A DNA stretch of 32,000 bases from Pseudomonas aeruginosa (lineage in GTDB: Bacteria; Pseudomonadota; Gammaproteobacteria; Pseudomonadales; Pseudomonadaceae): positions 2,640,001 through 2,672,000 of the forward strand of contig NZ_LN831024.1 in assembly GCF_001457615.1 (NCBI RefSeq), read 5' to 3'. Positions 1 through 11,172 of this stretch are shown one piece after another (positions within the stretch are counted from its first letter, which is position 1; each line of letters opens with the position of its first letter). The notes beneath the pieces were generated by a model. That model did no database searches and had not been told where the DNA came from. It saw nothing but the letters and a program-made list of their open reading frames with translations. A program made the translations under genes and the position numbers.

Positions 1-2
1 TC

Positions 3-464
3 GCCGAAGGCACCCTGACCACCCTGGACAACCAGATCGACACCACCACCGGCACGGTCAAGCTCAAGGCGCGCTTCGAGAACGCCGACGGCAAGCTGTT
101 CCCCAACCAGTTCGTCAACGTGCGCCTGCTGGCGCAGACCCTCAAGGGCGTGCTGACCATTCCGGCCAACGCCGTGCAGCGCGGCACCAACGGTATCTAT
201 GTGTACGTGGTCGGCGCCGACAACAAGGTCAGCCAGCGCAGCGTCGCCATCGGCACCAGCGAGAACGAGCGGGTGGTGGTGGAAAGCGGCCTGAAGGCCG
301 GCGAGCAGGTGGTGGTGGAAGGCACCGACCGCCTGCGCGACGGTATGGAAGTGCGTGTCGCCGAGGCCTCCCCGCAGGTCCTCGAGGGCGAGCCGCAGAA
401 ACCGCAGACTGGCCGCCCCAGCGGCCTCCAGGGCGACTCGGTGGGTAGCGGGAGCGCTGAATGA
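3..464 (+). CDS. muxA: 3' fragment of RND efflux periplasmic adaptor (membrane fusion) protein, MuxA/MdtA-like; 5' end outside window
   Basis: The reading frame is open from position 3 ([59 protein letters not shown]...), a typical MFP C-terminal domain. It overlaps the next RND gene by 4 bp (ATGA). Confidence 0.93.
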   Translation, partial: AEGTLTTLDNQIDTTTGTVKLKARFENADGKLFPNQFVNVRLLAQTLKGVLTIPANAVQRGTNGIYVYVVGADNKVSQRSVAIGTSENERVVVESGLKAGEQVVVEGTDRLRDGMEVRVAEASPQVLEGEPQKPQTGRPSGLQGDSVGSGSAE

Positions 465-3400
465 ACCCGTCCCGCCCGTTCATCCTGCGGCCGGTCGCGA
501 CCACCCTGCTGATGGTGGCGATCCTGCTCTCGGGCCTGATCGCCTACCGCTTCCTGCCGATCTCGGCGTTGCCGGAAGTGGACTACCCGACCATCCAGGT
601 GGTCACCCTGTACCCCGGCGCCAGCCCGGAGATCATGACCTCGTCGATCACCGCGCCGCTGGAGAACCAGCTCGGGCAGATTCCGGGGCTCAACGAGATG
701 TCTTCCAGCAGTTCCGGCGGCGCCTCGGTGATCACCCTGCAATTCAGCCTGCAGAGCAACCTCGATGTCGCCGAGCAGGAGGTCCAGGCGGCGATCAACG
801 CCGCGCAGAGCCTGCTGCCCAACGACCTGCCGAACCAGCCGGTGTTCAGCAAGGTGAACCCGGCGGACGCGCCGATCCTGACCCTGGCGGTGATGTCCGA
901 CGGCATGCCGCTGCCGCAGATCCAGGACCTGGTGGATACCCGCCTGGCACAGAAGATCTCGCAGATCTCCGGGGTCGGCCTGGTCAGCATCAGCGGCGGC
1001 CAGCGCCCGGCGGTGCGGGTGCGCGCCAACCCGACGGCGCTGGCGGCGGCCGGGCTGAGCCTGGAGGACCTGCGCAGCACGGTGACCAGCAACAACCTCA
1101 ACGGCCCCAAGGGCAGCTTCGACGGCCCGACCCGTGCCTCGACCCTGGACGCCAACGACCAGTTGCGCTCGGCCGACGCCTACCGCGACCTGATCATCGC
1201 CTACAAGAACGGCTCGCCGCTGCGCATCCGCGACGTCGCCAGCGTCGAGGACGACGCCGAGAACGTGCGCCTGGCCGCCTGGGCCAACAACCTGCCGGCG
1301 GTGGTGCTGAACATCCAGCGCCAGCCGGGGGCCAACGTGATCGAGGTGGTCGACCGGATCAAGGCGCTGCTGCCGCAGCTGCAATCGACCCTGCCGGGCA
1401 ATCTCGACGTGCAGGTGCTGACCGACCGCACCACCACCATCCGCGCCTCGGTCAAGGACGTGCAGTTCGAGCTGGCGCTGGCGGTGGCGCTGGTGGTGAT
1501 GGTCACCTTCCTGTTCCTGCGCAACGTCTACGCCACCCTGATTCCCAGCTTCGCCGTGCCGTTGTCGCTGATCGGCACCTTCGGCGTGATGTACCTGTCC
1601 GGCTTCTCGATCAACAACCTGACCCTGATGGCGCTGACCATCGCCACCGGCTTCGTGGTCGACGACGCGATCGTCATGGTGGAGAACATCGCCCGCTACC
1701 TGGAGCAGGGCGACTCGCCGCTGGAAGCGGCGCTCAAGGGCTCGAAGCAGATCGGCTTCACCATCATCTCGCTGACCTTCTCGCTGATCGCCGTGCTGAT
1801 CCCGCTGCTGTTCATGGGCGACGTCGCCGGGCGGCTGTTCCGCGAGTTCGCCATCACCCTGGCGGTGGCGATCCTGATTTCCGGCTTCGTCTCCCTGACC
1901 CTTACGCCGATGCTCAGCGCCAAGCTGCTGCGCCACATCGACGAGGACCAGCAGGGCCGCTTCGCGCGCGCCGCGGGGCGGGTCATCGATGGCCTGATCG
2001 CACAATACGCCAAGGCCCTGCGGGTGGTCCTGCGGCACCAGCCGCTGACCCTGCTGGTGGCCATCGCCACCCTGGCGCTGACCGCGCTGCTCTACCTGGC
2101 CATGCCCAAGGGCTTCTTCCCGGTGCAGGACACCGGGGTGATCCAGGGCGTCGCCGAAGCGCCGCAGTCGATCTCCTTCCAGGCCATGTCCGAGCGCCAG
2201 CGCGCCCTTGCCGAGGTGGTGCTGAAGGACCCGGCGGTGGCCAGCCTGTCCTCCTACATCGGCGTCGACGGCAGCAACCCGACCCTCAACACCGGCCGCC
2301 TGCTGATCAACCTCAAGCCGCACAGCGAGCGCGACGTCACCGCCAGCGAAGTGATCCAGCGCCTGCAGCCCGAACTCGACCACCTGCCCGGGATCAAGCT
2401 GTACATGCAGCCGGTGCAGGACCTGACCATCGAGGACCGGGTCGCCCGCACCCAGTACCAGTTCACCTTGCAGGACGCCGACCCGGACGTGCTCGCCGAG
2501 TGGGTGCCGAAGCTGGTGGCGCGGCTGCAGGAGTTGCCGCAGCTCGCCGACGTCGCCAGCGACTGGCAGGACAAGGGCTTGCAGGCCTACCTGAACATCG
2601 ACCGCGACACCGCCTCGCGCCTCGGCGTGAAGCTCTCCGACATCGACAGCGTGCTCTACAACGCCTTCGGCCAGCGGCTGATCTCGACCATCTTCACCCA
2701 GGCCACCCAGTACCGCGTGGTGCTGGAGGTGGCGCCGCAGTTCCAGCTCGGCCCGCAGGCCCTGGAGCAGCTCTACGTGCCGTCCAGCGACGGCACCCAG
2801 GTGCGCCTGTCGAGCCTGGCGAAGGTGGAGGAGCGGCATACCCTGCTGGCGATCAACCATATCGCCCAGTTCCCCTCGGCGACCCTGTCGTTCAACCTGG
2901 CCAAGGGTTACTCCCTGGGCGAGGCGGTCGAGGCGATCCGTGGCGTCGAGGCCAGCCTGGAGCTGCCGCTGAGCATGCAGGGCAGCTTCCGCGGCGCGGC
3001 GCTGGCCTTCGAGGCCTCGCTGTCGAACACGCTGCTGCTGATCCTCGCCTCGGTGGTGACCATGTACATCGTCCTGGGCATCCTCTACGAGAGCTTCATC
3101 CATCCGGTGACCATCCTCTCGACCCTGCCCTCGGCCGGGGTCGGCGCGCTGCTGGCGCTGATGCTGGCGGGGCAGGAGATCGGCATCGTGGCGATCATCG
3201 GCATCATCCTGCTGATCGGCATCGTCAAGAAGAACGCGATCATGATGATCGACTTCGCCCTCGACGCCGAGCGCAACGAAGGCAAGCCGCCCCATGAGGC
3301 GATCTACCAGGCCTGCCTGCTGCGCTTCCGGCCGATCCTGATGACCACCATGGCCGCGCTGCTCGGCGCGCTGCCGCTGATGCTCGCCGGCGGCGCCGGC

Positions 3401-3592
3401 GCCGAGCTGCGCCAGCCGCTGGGCATCACCATGGTCGGTGGCCTGCTGCTGAGCCAGGTCCTGACCCTGTTCACCACCCCGGTGATCTATCTCTACTTCG
3501 ACCGCCTGGCCCGTCGCTGGGCGGCCTGGCGCAAGCAGCGCGGGCTGGACCTGAACACCGAGGCCGGGTTCGACGGGGACGCCGGGCGATGA
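461..3592 (+). CDS. muxB: RND multidrug efflux transporter permease, MuxB/MdtB-like (1043 aa)
   Basis: Full-length [50 protein letters not shown]... with RND hallmarks ([15 protein letters not shown]; [15 protein letters not shown]). Position in the mux operon. Confidence 0.96.
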   Translation: MNPSRPFILRPVATTLLMVAILLSGLIAYRFLPISALPEVDYPTIQVVTLYPGASPEIMTSSITAPLENQLGQIPGLNEMSSSSSGGASVITLQFSLQSNLDVAEQEVQAAINAAQSLLPNDLPNQPVFSKVNPADAPILTLAVMSDGMPLPQIQDLVDTRLAQKISQISGVGLVSISGGQRPAVRVRANPTALAAAGLSLEDLRSTVTSNNLNGPKGSFDGPTRASTLDANDQLRSADAYRDLIIAYKNGSPLRIRDVASVEDDAENVRLAAWANNLPAVVLNIQRQPGANVIEVVDRIKALLPQLQSTLPGNLDVQVLTDRTTTIRASVKDVQFELALAVALVVMVTFLFLRNVYATLIPSFAVPLSLIGTFGVMYLSGFSINNLTLMALTIATGFVVDDAIVMVENIARYLEQGDSPLEAALKGSKQIGFTIISLTFSLIAVLIPLLFMGDVAGRLFREFAITLAVAILISGFVSLTLTPMLSAKLLRHIDEDQQGRFARAAGRVIDGLIAQYAKALRVVLRHQPLTLLVAIATLALTALLYLAMPKGFFPVQDTGVIQGVAEAPQSISFQAMSERQRALAEVVLKDPAVASLSSYIGVDGSNPTLNTGRLLINLKPHSERDVTASEVIQRLQPELDHLPGIKLYMQPVQDLTIEDRVARTQYQFTLQDADPDVLAEWVPKLVARLQELPQLADVASDWQDKGLQAYLNIDRDTASRLGVKLSDIDSVLYNAFGQRLISTIFTQATQYRVVLEVAPQFQLGPQALEQLYVPSSDGTQVRLSSLAKVEERHTLLAINHIAQFPSATLSFNLAKGYSLGEAVEAIRGVEASLELPLSMQGSFRGAALAFEASLSNTLLLILASVVTMYIVLGILYESFIHPVTILSTLPSAGVGALLALMLAGQEIGIVAIIGIILLIGIVKKNAIMMIDFALDAERNEGKPPHEAIYQACLLRFRPILMTTMAALLGALPLMLAGGAGAELRQPLGITMVGGLLLSQVLTLFTTPVIYLYFDRLARRWAAWRKQRGLDLNTEAGFDGDAGR

Positions 3593-6500
3593 GTCTGTCC
3601 ACGCCCTTCATCCGCCGCCCGGTCGCCACCACGCTGCTGACCCTGGCGTTGCTGCTGGCCGGCACCCTGTCGTTCGGCCTGCTGCCGGTGGCGCCGCTGC
3701 CCAACGTCGATTTTCCGGCCATCGTGGTCAGCGCCAGCCTGCCGGGCGCCAGCCCGGAAACCATGGCCTCGTCGGTGGCCACGCCGCTGGAGCGCTCGCT
3801 GGGACGGATCGCCGGGATCAGCGAGATGACCTCCAGCAGTTCGCTGGGCTCGACCACCGTGGTGCTCGTGTTCGACCTGGAGAAGGACATCGACGGCGCC
3901 GCCCGCGAGGTGCAGGCGGCGATCAACGGCGCGATGAGCCTGCTGCCCAGCGGTATGCCGAACAATCCCAGCTACCGCAAGGCCAACCCCTCGGACATGC
4001 CGATCATGGTCCTCACCCTGACCTCGGAGACCCAGAGTCGCGGCGAGATGTACGACCTCGCCTCGACTGTGCTGGCGCCGAAGCTGTCGCAGGTGCAGGG
4101 GGTAGGGCAGGTGAGCATCGGCGGCAGCTCGCTGCCGGCGGTGCGGGTCGACCTCAACCCGGATGCCATGAGCCAGTACGGGCTGTCCCTGGACAGCGTG
4201 CGCACGGCCATCGCCGCGGCCAACAGCAACGGCCCCAAGGGCGCCGTCGAGAAGGACGACAAGCACTGGCAGGTGGACGCCAACGACCAGTTGCGCAAGG
4301 CCCGCGAGTACGAGCCGCTGGTGATCCACTACAACGCCGACAACGGCGCCGCGGTGCGCCTCGGCGACGTGGCCAAGGTCAGCGACTCGGTGGAGGACGT
4401 GCGCAACGCCGGCTTTTCCGACGACCTGCCGGCTGTGCTGCTAATCGTCACCCGCCAGCCCGGCGCCAACATCATCGAGGCCACCGACGCCATCCACGCG
4501 CAATTGCCGGTGTTGCAGGAACTGCTCGGGCCGCAGGTCAAGCTGAACGTGATGGACGATCGCAGCCCGTCGATCCGTGCGTCGCTGGAAGAGGCCGAGC
4601 TGACCCTGCTGATCTCGGTGGCGCTGGTGATCCTGGTGGTCTTCCTGTTCCTGCGCAACGGCCGCGCCACGCTGATCCCCAGCCTGGCGGTGCCGGTCTC
4701 GCTGATCGGCACCTTCGCGGTCATGTACCTGTGCGACTTCAGCCTGAACAACCTGTCGCTGATGGCGCTGATCATCGCCACCGGCTTCGTGGTGGATGAC
4801 GCCATAGTGGTGGTGGAGAACATCGCCCGACGCATCGAGGAGGGCGATCCGCCGATCCAGGCGGCGATCACCGGCGCCCGCCAGGTCGGTTTCACCGTGC
4901 TGTCGATGACGCTCTCGCTGGTCGCGGTGTTCATCCCGCTGCTGCTCATGGGTGGCCTCACCGGACGGCTGTTCCGCGAGTTCGCGGTGACTCTCTCGGC
5001 GGCGATCCTGGTGTCCCTGGTGGTATCCCTGACCCTCACGCCGATGCTCTGCGCGCGTCTGCTGCGTCCGCTGAAACGGCCCGAAGGCGCTTCCCTGGCG
5101 CGGCGCAGCGATCGCTTCTTCGCCGCCTTCATGCTGCGCTACCGCGCCAGCCTGGGCTGGGCGCTGGAGCACTCGCGGCTGATGGTGGTGATCATGCTGG
5201 CCTGCATCGCCATGAACCTCTGGTTGTTCGTGGTGGTGCCCAAGGGCTTCCTCCCGCAGCAGGACTCCGGGCGCCTGCGCGGCTACGCGGTGGCCGACCA
5301 GAGCATCTCGTTCCAGTCCCTGAGCGCGAAGATGGGCGAGTACCGCAAGATCCTCTCTTCCGATCCGGCGGTGGAAAACGTAGTCGGCTTCATCGGTGGC
5401 GGCCGTTGGCAGTCGAGCAACACCGGTTCGTTCTTCGTCACTCTCAAGCCGATCGGCGAGCGCGACCCGGTGGAGAAGGTCCTCACCCGGCTGCGCGAGC
5501 GGATCGCCAAGGTGCCCGGCGCGGCGCTCTATCTCAACGCCGGCCAGGACGTGCGCCTGGGCGGCCGCGACAGCAACGCGCAGTACGAATTCACCCTGCG
5601 CAGCGACGACCTGACCCTGCTCCGCGAATGGGCGCCGAAGGTCGAGGCGGCGATGCGCAAGCTGCCGCAGCTGGTGGACGTCAACAGCGACTCCCAGGAC
5701 AAGGGCGTGCAGACCCGCCTGGTGATCGACCGCGACCGCGCGGCGACCCTGGGGATCAACGTGGAAATGGTCGACGCGGTGCTCAACGACTCTTTCGGCC
5801 AGCGCCAGGTGTCGACCATCTTCAACCCGCTGAACCAGTACCGGGTGGTGATGGAGGTCGACCAGCAGTACCAGCAGAGCCCGGAGATCCTCCGCCAGGT
5901 CCAGGTGATCGGCAACGACGGCCAGCGCGTGCCGCTGTCCGCGTTCAGCCACTACGAACCGAGCCGGGCACCGCTGGAGGTCAACCACCAGGGCCAGTTC
6001 GCCGCCACCACGCTGTCCTTCAACCTGGCACCGGGCGCGCAGATCGGCCCGACCCGCGAGGCCATCATGCAGGCCCTGGAGCCGCTGCACATCCCGGTGG
6101 ACGTGCAGACCAGCTTCGAGGGCAACGCCGGCGCGGTGCAGGACACGCAGAACCAGATGCCCTGGCTGATCCTCCTGGCGCTGCTGGCGGTGTACATCGT
6201 CCTCGGCATCCTCTACGAGAGCTACGTGCACCCGCTGACCATCCTCTCGACCCTGCCTTCGGCCGGGGTCGGCGCGCTGCTCGCGCTGATCCTCTGCCGC
6301 AGTGAGCTGAGCCTGATCGCGCTGATCGGCATCATCCTGCTGATCGGCATCGTCAAGAAGAACGCGATCATGATGATCGACTTCGCCCTGGAGGCCGAGC
6401 GCAACCACGGCCTGAGCCCGCGCGAGGCGATCCTCGAGGCCTGCATGATGCGCTTCCGGCCGATCATGATGACCACCCTGGCCGCCTTGCTCGGCGCCTT

Positions 6501-6699
6501 GCCGCTGATCTTCGGCATCGGCGGCGACGCCGCGCTGCGCCGGCCGCTGGGCATCACCATCGTCGGCGGGCTGATCGGCAGCCAGTTGCTGACCCTGTAC
6601 ACCACCCCGGTGGTCTACCTCTATCTCGACCGCCTGCGCCACTGGGTCAACCAGAAACGCGGCGTACGCACGGACGGTGCGCTGGAGACACCCCTATGA
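3589..6699 (+). CDS. muxC: RND multidrug efflux transporter permease, MuxC/MdtC-like (1036 aa)
   Basis: Full-length [50 protein letters not shown]... paralogous to muxB. ATGA overlaps with both neighbouring genes. Confidence 0.96.
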   Translation: MSLSTPFIRRPVATTLLTLALLLAGTLSFGLLPVAPLPNVDFPAIVVSASLPGASPETMASSVATPLERSLGRIAGISEMTSSSSLGSTTVVLVFDLEKDIDGAAREVQAAINGAMSLLPSGMPNNPSYRKANPSDMPIMVLTLTSETQSRGEMYDLASTVLAPKLSQVQGVGQVSIGGSSLPAVRVDLNPDAMSQYGLSLDSVRTAIAAANSNGPKGAVEKDDKHWQVDANDQLRKAREYEPLVIHYNADNGAAVRLGDVAKVSDSVEDVRNAGFSDDLPAVLLIVTRQPGANIIEATDAIHAQLPVLQELLGPQVKLNVMDDRSPSIRASLEEAELTLLISVALVILVVFLFLRNGRATLIPSLAVPVSLIGTFAVMYLCDFSLNNLSLMALIIATGFVVDDAIVVVENIARRIEEGDPPIQAAITGARQVGFTVLSMTLSLVAVFIPLLLMGGLTGRLFREFAVTLSAAILVSLVVSLTLTPMLCARLLRPLKRPEGASLARRSDRFFAAFMLRYRASLGWALEHSRLMVVIMLACIAMNLWLFVVVPKGFLPQQDSGRLRGYAVADQSISFQSLSAKMGEYRKILSSDPAVENVVGFIGGGRWQSSNTGSFFVTLKPIGERDPVEKVLTRLRERIAKVPGAALYLNAGQDVRLGGRDSNAQYEFTLRSDDLTLLREWAPKVEAAMRKLPQLVDVNSDSQDKGVQTRLVIDRDRAATLGINVEMVDAVLNDSFGQRQVSTIFNPLNQYRVVMEVDQQYQQSPEILRQVQVIGNDGQRVPLSAFSHYEPSRAPLEVNHQGQFAATTLSFNLAPGAQIGPTREAIMQALEPLHIPVDVQTSFEGNAGAVQDTQNQMPWLILLALLAVYIVLGILYESYVHPLTILSTLPSAGVGALLALILCRSELSLIALIGIILLIGIVKKNAIMMIDFALEAERNHGLSPREAILEACMMRFRPIMMTTLAALLGALPLIFGIGGDAALRRPLGITIVGGLIGSQLLTLYTTPVVYLYLDRLRHWVNQKRGVRTDGALETPL

Positions 6700-8192
6700 A
6701 ACACACCCCCTCGTTGCTTGCCCTGGCCCTGGTCGCCGCCCTCGGCGGCTGCGCCATCGGCCCCGACTACCAGCGACCGGACCTGGCGGTGCCCGCCGAA
6801 TTCAAGGAAGCCGAAGGCTGGCGCCGCGCCGAGCCGCGCGACGTGTTCCAGCGCGGCGCCTGGTGGGAGCTGTACGGCGACCAGACCCTGAACGACCTGC
6901 AGATGCACCTGGAACGTTCCAACCAGACCCTGGCCCAGTCGGTGGCGCAGTTCCGCCAGGCCGAGGCGCTGGTGCGCGGCGCGCGGGCGGCGTTCTTCCC
7001 GTCGATCACCGGCAACGCGGGCAAGACCCGCAGCGGCCAGGGCGGCGGCGATAGCACCGTGTTGCTGCCGGGAGGCTCGACGGTGAGCAGCGGCGGCTCT
7101 GGCGCGATCAGCACCAGCTACTCGACCAACCTCAGTGTCAGCTGGGAGGTCGACCTCTGGGGCAAGCTGCGCCGGCAACTGGAGGCCAACCAGGCGAGCC
7201 TGCATGCCAGCGCCGCCGACCTCGCCGCGGTGCGCCTCAGCCAGCAGTCGCAACTGGCGCAGAACTACCTGCAACTGCGGGTGATGGACGAACAGATCCG
7301 CCTGCTCAACGACACGGTGACGGCCTACGAGCGTTCGCTGAAGGTGGCCGAGAACAAATACCGCGCCGGCATCGTCACCAGGGCCGACGTGGCCCAGGCC
7401 CGCACCCAGCTGAAAAGCACCCAGGCCCAGGCCATCGACCTGAAGTACCAGCGTGCCCAGCTGGAGCACGCCATCGCCGTGCTGGTCGGCCTGCCGCCGG
7501 CGCAATTCAACCTGCCGCCGGTGGCGAGCGTGCCGAAGCTGCCGGACCTGCCGGCAGTGGTGCCGTCGCAATTGCTCGAACGACGGCCGGACATCGCCTC
7601 GGCGGAACGCAAGGTGATTTCCGCCAATGCCCAGATCGGCGTGGCCAAGGCCGCCTATTTCCCCGACCTCACCCTGAGCGCCGCCGGCGGCTACCGCAGC
7701 GGCAGCCTGAGCAACTGGATCAGCACGCCGAACCGCTTCTGGTCGATCGGCCCGCAGTTCGCCATGACCCTGTTCGACGGCGGCCTGATCGGCTCCCAGG
7801 TGGACCAGGCCGAGGCGACCTACGACCAGACCGTGGCGACCTACCGGCAGACCGTGCTCGACGGTTTCCGCGAGGTGGAGGACTACCTGGTGCAATTGAG
7901 CGTCCTCGACGAGGAGAGCGGGGTGCAGCGCGAAGCCCTGGAGTCGGCCCGCGAGGCACTGCGCCTGGCCGAGAACCAGTACAAGGCCGGCACCGTCGAC
8001 TACACCGACGTGGTCACCAACCAGGCCACCGCGCTGAGCAACGAACGCACCGTGCTGACCCTGCTCGGCAGCCGCCTGACCGCCAGCGTCCAGTTGATCG
8101 CGGCAATGGGCGGCGGCTGGGACAGCGCCGATATCGAGCGGACCGACGAGCGGCTCGGCCGGGTCGAGGAGGGCCTGCCGCCTTCGCCCTGA
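6696..8192 (+). CDS. opmB: Outer-membrane efflux channel lipoprotein, OpmB/TolC-OprM family (498 aa)
   Basis: [30 protein letters not shown]: lipoprotein signal with lipobox, NodT/OprM family; last gene of the mux operon. Confidence 0.95.
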   Translation: MKHTPSLLALALVAALGGCAIGPDYQRPDLAVPAEFKEAEGWRRAEPRDVFQRGAWWELYGDQTLNDLQMHLERSNQTLAQSVAQFRQAEALVRGARAAFFPSITGNAGKTRSGQGGGDSTVLLPGGSTVSSGGSGAISTSYSTNLSVSWEVDLWGKLRRQLEANQASLHASAADLAAVRLSQQSQLAQNYLQLRVMDEQIRLLNDTVTAYERSLKVAENKYRAGIVTRADVAQARTQLKSTQAQAIDLKYQRAQLEHAIAVLVGLPPAQFNLPPVASVPKLPDLPAVVPSQLLERRPDIASAERKVISANAQIGVAKAAYFPDLTLSAAGGYRSGSLSNWISTPNRFWSIGPQFAMTLFDGGLIGSQVDQAEATYDQTVATYRQTVLDGFREVEDYLVQLSVLDEESGVQREALESAREALRLAENQYKAGTVDYTDVVTNQATALSNERTVLTLLGSRLTASVQLIAAMGGGWDSADIERTDERLGRVEEGLPPSP

Positions 8193-8304
8193 GTTCTTCT
8201 CGCTGCCTGTTCCTGACGAATGCCTTTCCCCGCTATTGCGCTTGCATGACACACCGCCGTCCGCGTCTCGGCTAGAGTGCGGCGGCGGATGTGGAGGTGA
8301 ATAC

Positions 8305-8559
8305 GTGTCGGGGAAGTTTCCGGAAATGCCCTCGCGCCGAGGCTACTGGCTCGGCTGGTTGTGCCGCCTGGCCATGCTTGGCGGCGTCGCTGCGATGTTC
8401 TGGGCGCTGCTGCAATGCTTCGTCCTGCTGCACGGTGAACCGCCGCTCCAGCGCGCCCCGCTGCGGACGCCCTGGACCCTGCTGGCGCTCGGCCTGGCGC
8501 TGTTCCTCGCCGGTTTCTGCGGCGAGTACCGGCTGTGGCGGCGCCGCGCCGGTTGCTGA
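8305..8559 (+). CDS. Putative small membrane protein, 84 aa, about two predicted transmembrane segments
   Basis: GTG start at 8305 preceded by GGAGGT (8293-8298). In-frame with the ORF at 8236..8559. Hydrophobic stretches YWLGWLCRLAMLGGVAAMFWALLQCFVLL and PWTLLALGLALFLAGFC are followed by a basic tail (YRLWRRRAGC). Confidence 0.5.
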   Translation: MSGKFPEMPSRRGYWLGWLCRLAMLGGVAAMFWALLQCFVLLHGEPPLQRAPLRTPWTLLALGLALFLAGFCGEYRLWRRRAGC

Positions 8560-8567
8560 AACCGGCG

Positions 8568-9986
8568 TCAGGCAGCGCCCGTCGAAGGGAACAGCAGGCG
8601 CAGGTGGGTCTTCTGCTGCGGTACGCTTTCCGCTTCGGCGCGGCCGCCGTGGTAGGCCATGATCGATTGCACGATGGCCAGTCCCAGGCCGGTGCCGGCC
8701 TGGGCTCCAGTCTGGCGTCCGGCGCGGCGGTAGAAGCGCTCGAACAGGTGCGGCAGGTACTCCGGCGGGATGCCCGGACCGTCGTTGCTGACCCTCACCT
8801 CGGTGTGCCCCGCGCGTTCCCCGATCCGCACGTCGATGCGCCCGCCTTGCGGGGTGTGGCGCACGGCGTTGGACACCAGGTTGGAAATGGCGCGCTGGAT
8901 CATCAGGTTGTCGCCGTGGGCGAAGCCGTTGCCGGACAGGCGCAGTTCGACGCCCTTGTCCTCGGCGACCATCTCGTACAGGTCGATGACCTTGGCCGCC
9001 TGCTCGTGCAGGGCGACGCAGCCGAACTGGGCCTGGATCGCCGGGTTGTCCACCTGCACCAGGAACAGCATGTCGGTGACGATCCGCGACAGCCGCTCCA
9101 GTTCCTCGGCATTGGACTCCAGGGCTTCGCGGTATGCCGCGCCGTCGCGATGCTGGCTGAGCAGCACCTGGTTGCGCACCAGCAGGTTGCAGATCGGCGC
9201 GCGCAGTTCGTGGGCCAGGTCGTCGGAGAACTGCGAGAGCTGGCGTACGCCATCCTCGAGGCGGCCGAGCATGTGGTTGAAGCTGCGGGCCAGGCTGTCC
9301 AGCTCGCGCGGCAGGTTCTGCTCGGGGATGCGGTAGGAGAGATCCTGCGGGCTGACTTGGGCGGCCACCCGGCGGAAGCGGTTCAACGGTTCGAGGCCGG
9401 CACGCACCACCCACCAGGCGGCCAGGGCGATCAATGGCAGGAGGAAGGGCAGGGCCAGCAGGGTGGCGCGGAGGAAACCGTCGAGCAGGCGCTCGTCGGC
9501 GTTGCGCTCGCTGCTCAGCAACACCTGTACCGGGGTGCCGTTCTTCATGCGCATGGAAGCGCCGATGCTCAGCAGGCGCTGGTCGTTGCCGGTGCTCCAG
9601 CTCTGGAACACCGGCTGGCGGGCATCCGCCTGCAAGCGGGCGAGAAGCGCGCGGTTGGCCGCGACGCTGGCCGCGGCCTGGTCGCCGAAGCTCATCAGCG
9701 GCTGGCCGCTGCGGCTGTCGAGAATGCTCAGGTGCAGGCCGCTGTGAGCCACCAGTTGGTCCTGCAGGGCATGCGCCTGTACGGCCGGGTCGCTGCGCAG
9801 GTCGAGATCATCTTCTAGGCTGTGGCGGATCTGCTCCAGCTTCAATTGCAGGTTTTCCCGCTCGCGGGCTTCCAGCTCGCGGCCGAGGTTCCAGTGCGCC
9901 ATCGCGCCGAGCGCCAGGGCCAGCAGCGCGCCGAGGGCGCCGACCAGCAGGGCCAGGCGCAGCGACAGTCGGCCTGGTGGCGTCAT
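8568..9986 (-). CDS. czcS: Heavy-metal sensor histidine kinase CzcS (472 aa)
   Basis: ORF with TM, HAMP-like and HisKA (FSDDLAHELRAPICNLL) segments and HATPase motifs (NLVSNAVRHTP, GTGLGLAIVQSI). Overlaps czcR by 4 bp. Confidence 0.93.
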   Translation of the reverse strand: MTPPGRLSLRLALLVGALGALLALALGAMAHWNLGRELEARERENLQLKLEQIRHSLEDDLDLRSDPAVQAHALQDQLVAHSGLHLSILDSRSGQPLMSFGDQAAASVAANRALLARLQADARQPVFQSWSTGNDQRLLSIGASMRMKNGTPVQVLLSSERNADERLLDGFLRATLLALPFLLPLIALAAWWVVRAGLEPLNRFRRVAAQVSPQDLSYRIPEQNLPRELDSLARSFNHMLGRLEDGVRQLSQFSDDLAHELRAPICNLLVRNQVLLSQHRDGAAYREALESNAEELERLSRIVTDMLFLVQVDNPAIQAQFGCVALHEQAAKVIDLYEMVAEDKGVELRLSGNGFAHGDNLMIQRAISNLVSNAVRHTPQGGRIDVRIGERAGHTEVRVSNDGPGIPPEYLPHLFERFYRRAGRQTGAQAGTGLGLAIVQSIMAYHGGRAEAESVPQQKTHLRLLFPSTGAA

Positions 9987-10657
9987 CGGCGCGCTTCCAG
10001 GACGTAGCCGACGCCGCGAATGGTATGGATCAGCTTGAGGTCGAAGCCGTCGTCGATCTTCGCCCGCAGGCGGCAGATGGCGACTTCCACCACGTTGGAG
10101 TCGTTGTCGAAGTTCATGTCCCAGATCAGCGAGATGATCTGCGTCCGGGTGATGACGTCGCCGTTGCGCCGCATCAGCAGGTGCAGCAGGGCGAACTCCT
10201 TGGTCGTCAGGTTGATCCGCACCCGGCCGCGGAAGGCCCGGTGGCGGCTGGCGTCCAGCTCCAGGTCGGCGACCCGCAGGACGTCCTGCATCGGTGCCTG
10301 GTCGTGGCGGCGCAGCAGCGAGCGGACCCGCGCCAGCAGTTCGGGGAACTGGAACGGCTTGACCATGAAGTCGTCGGCGCCGAGATCGAGGCCGCGCACC
10401 TTGTCGGTCAGCCTGCCATGCCCGGTGAGCATCATCACCCGCGCGCTGCTGCGTTCGCGCAGGCGGCGGAGCAGGTCCCAGCCGTCGATGCCGGGCAGGT
10501 TGACGTCGAGGATCACCAGTTCGTAAGGGTGTTGCAAGGCCATGTGCAGGCCGTCGATGCCATCGTTGGCGCGGTCGACGATGTAGCCGCTTTCGGTCAG
10601 GCCCTGGTGCAGGTAGTCGGCAGTCTTGACTTCATCTTCGATAATAAGGATGCGCAT
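9983..10657 (-). CDS. czcR: Heavy-metal response regulator CzcR, OmpR family (224 aa)
   Basis: MRILIIEDEVKTADYLHQGLTESGYIVDRANDGIDGLHMA...: receiver domain plus OmpR-type winged helix. Divergent from czcC. Confidence 0.94.
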   Translation of the reverse strand: MRILIIEDEVKTADYLHQGLTESGYIVDRANDGIDGLHMALQHPYELVILDVNLPGIDGWDLLRRLRERSSARVMMLTGHGRLTDKVRGLDLGADDFMVKPFQFPELLARVRSLLRRHDQAPMQDVLRVADLELDASRHRAFRGRVRINLTTKEFALLHLLMRRNGDVITRTQIISLIWDMNFDNDSNVVEVAICRLRAKIDDGFDLKLIHTIRGVGYVLEARR

Positions 10658-10683
10658 GTTCGCCCCTATATAAAGTATGGATT

Positions 10684-10762
10684 CATTTGCAAGTAAATGT
10701 TTAAGTGCATTGCTATAAAGTTACATTGCGGGCGTTGCCTGGATAGAATCCTGGAAATGTAA
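10684..10762. promoter_or_regulatory. Candidate regulator-binding region in the czcR-czcC intergenic region (inverted repeats)
   Basis: TTACATT at 10721-10727 and its reverse complement AATGTAA at 10756-10762; CATTT-gcaagt-AAATG at 10684-10699 in the AT-rich czcR-proximal promoter region. Confidence 0.4.
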
Positions 10763-11172
10763 TTTCATATCGTTGCGCTGCTTCGATGATAATTATCGAA
10801 TGACCGGGTAGTTCTCCCGGGAGTCCGCCTGAGAACTTTGGAAATGTCCGCGGCGCAAGCACCGCTGGGCGTGAGGGGCAATGCCTTTTGTAAGCGCATG
10901 TTGCTTTTGTCCCTATGTTTCATCCAACTATTGCCAGTCTCTTCGAAGGTTGCCGAAGTGTAACCGCTAATTGTCCGTGGAGAATATTCATTACCGACTT
11001 GTAATTCTTCCGTCACCTTGCCGATAAGCCCCGCTACCTAACATCTGCCGCATCCCGGAAGTGCAACTTCGAATATCGCCGGCGAGATATCGCCGATGAA
11101 CGGTTGCGTGGTTCCGGGCCGGTAATGGATCGCCGTCGCCGACGACGATCAGCAGACGAGGAGCGGAACATG

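Noticed and set aside
197-3295. Very long antisense ORF (1032 aa) opposite muxB
   Set aside because: Low-complexity, His/Gln/Arg/Val-rich translation typical of the reverse frame of high-GC coding DNA; fully overlaps the well-supported muxB. Same reasoning for 355..3297, 3493..4329, 4441..6642, 6621..8252 and 11218..12516.
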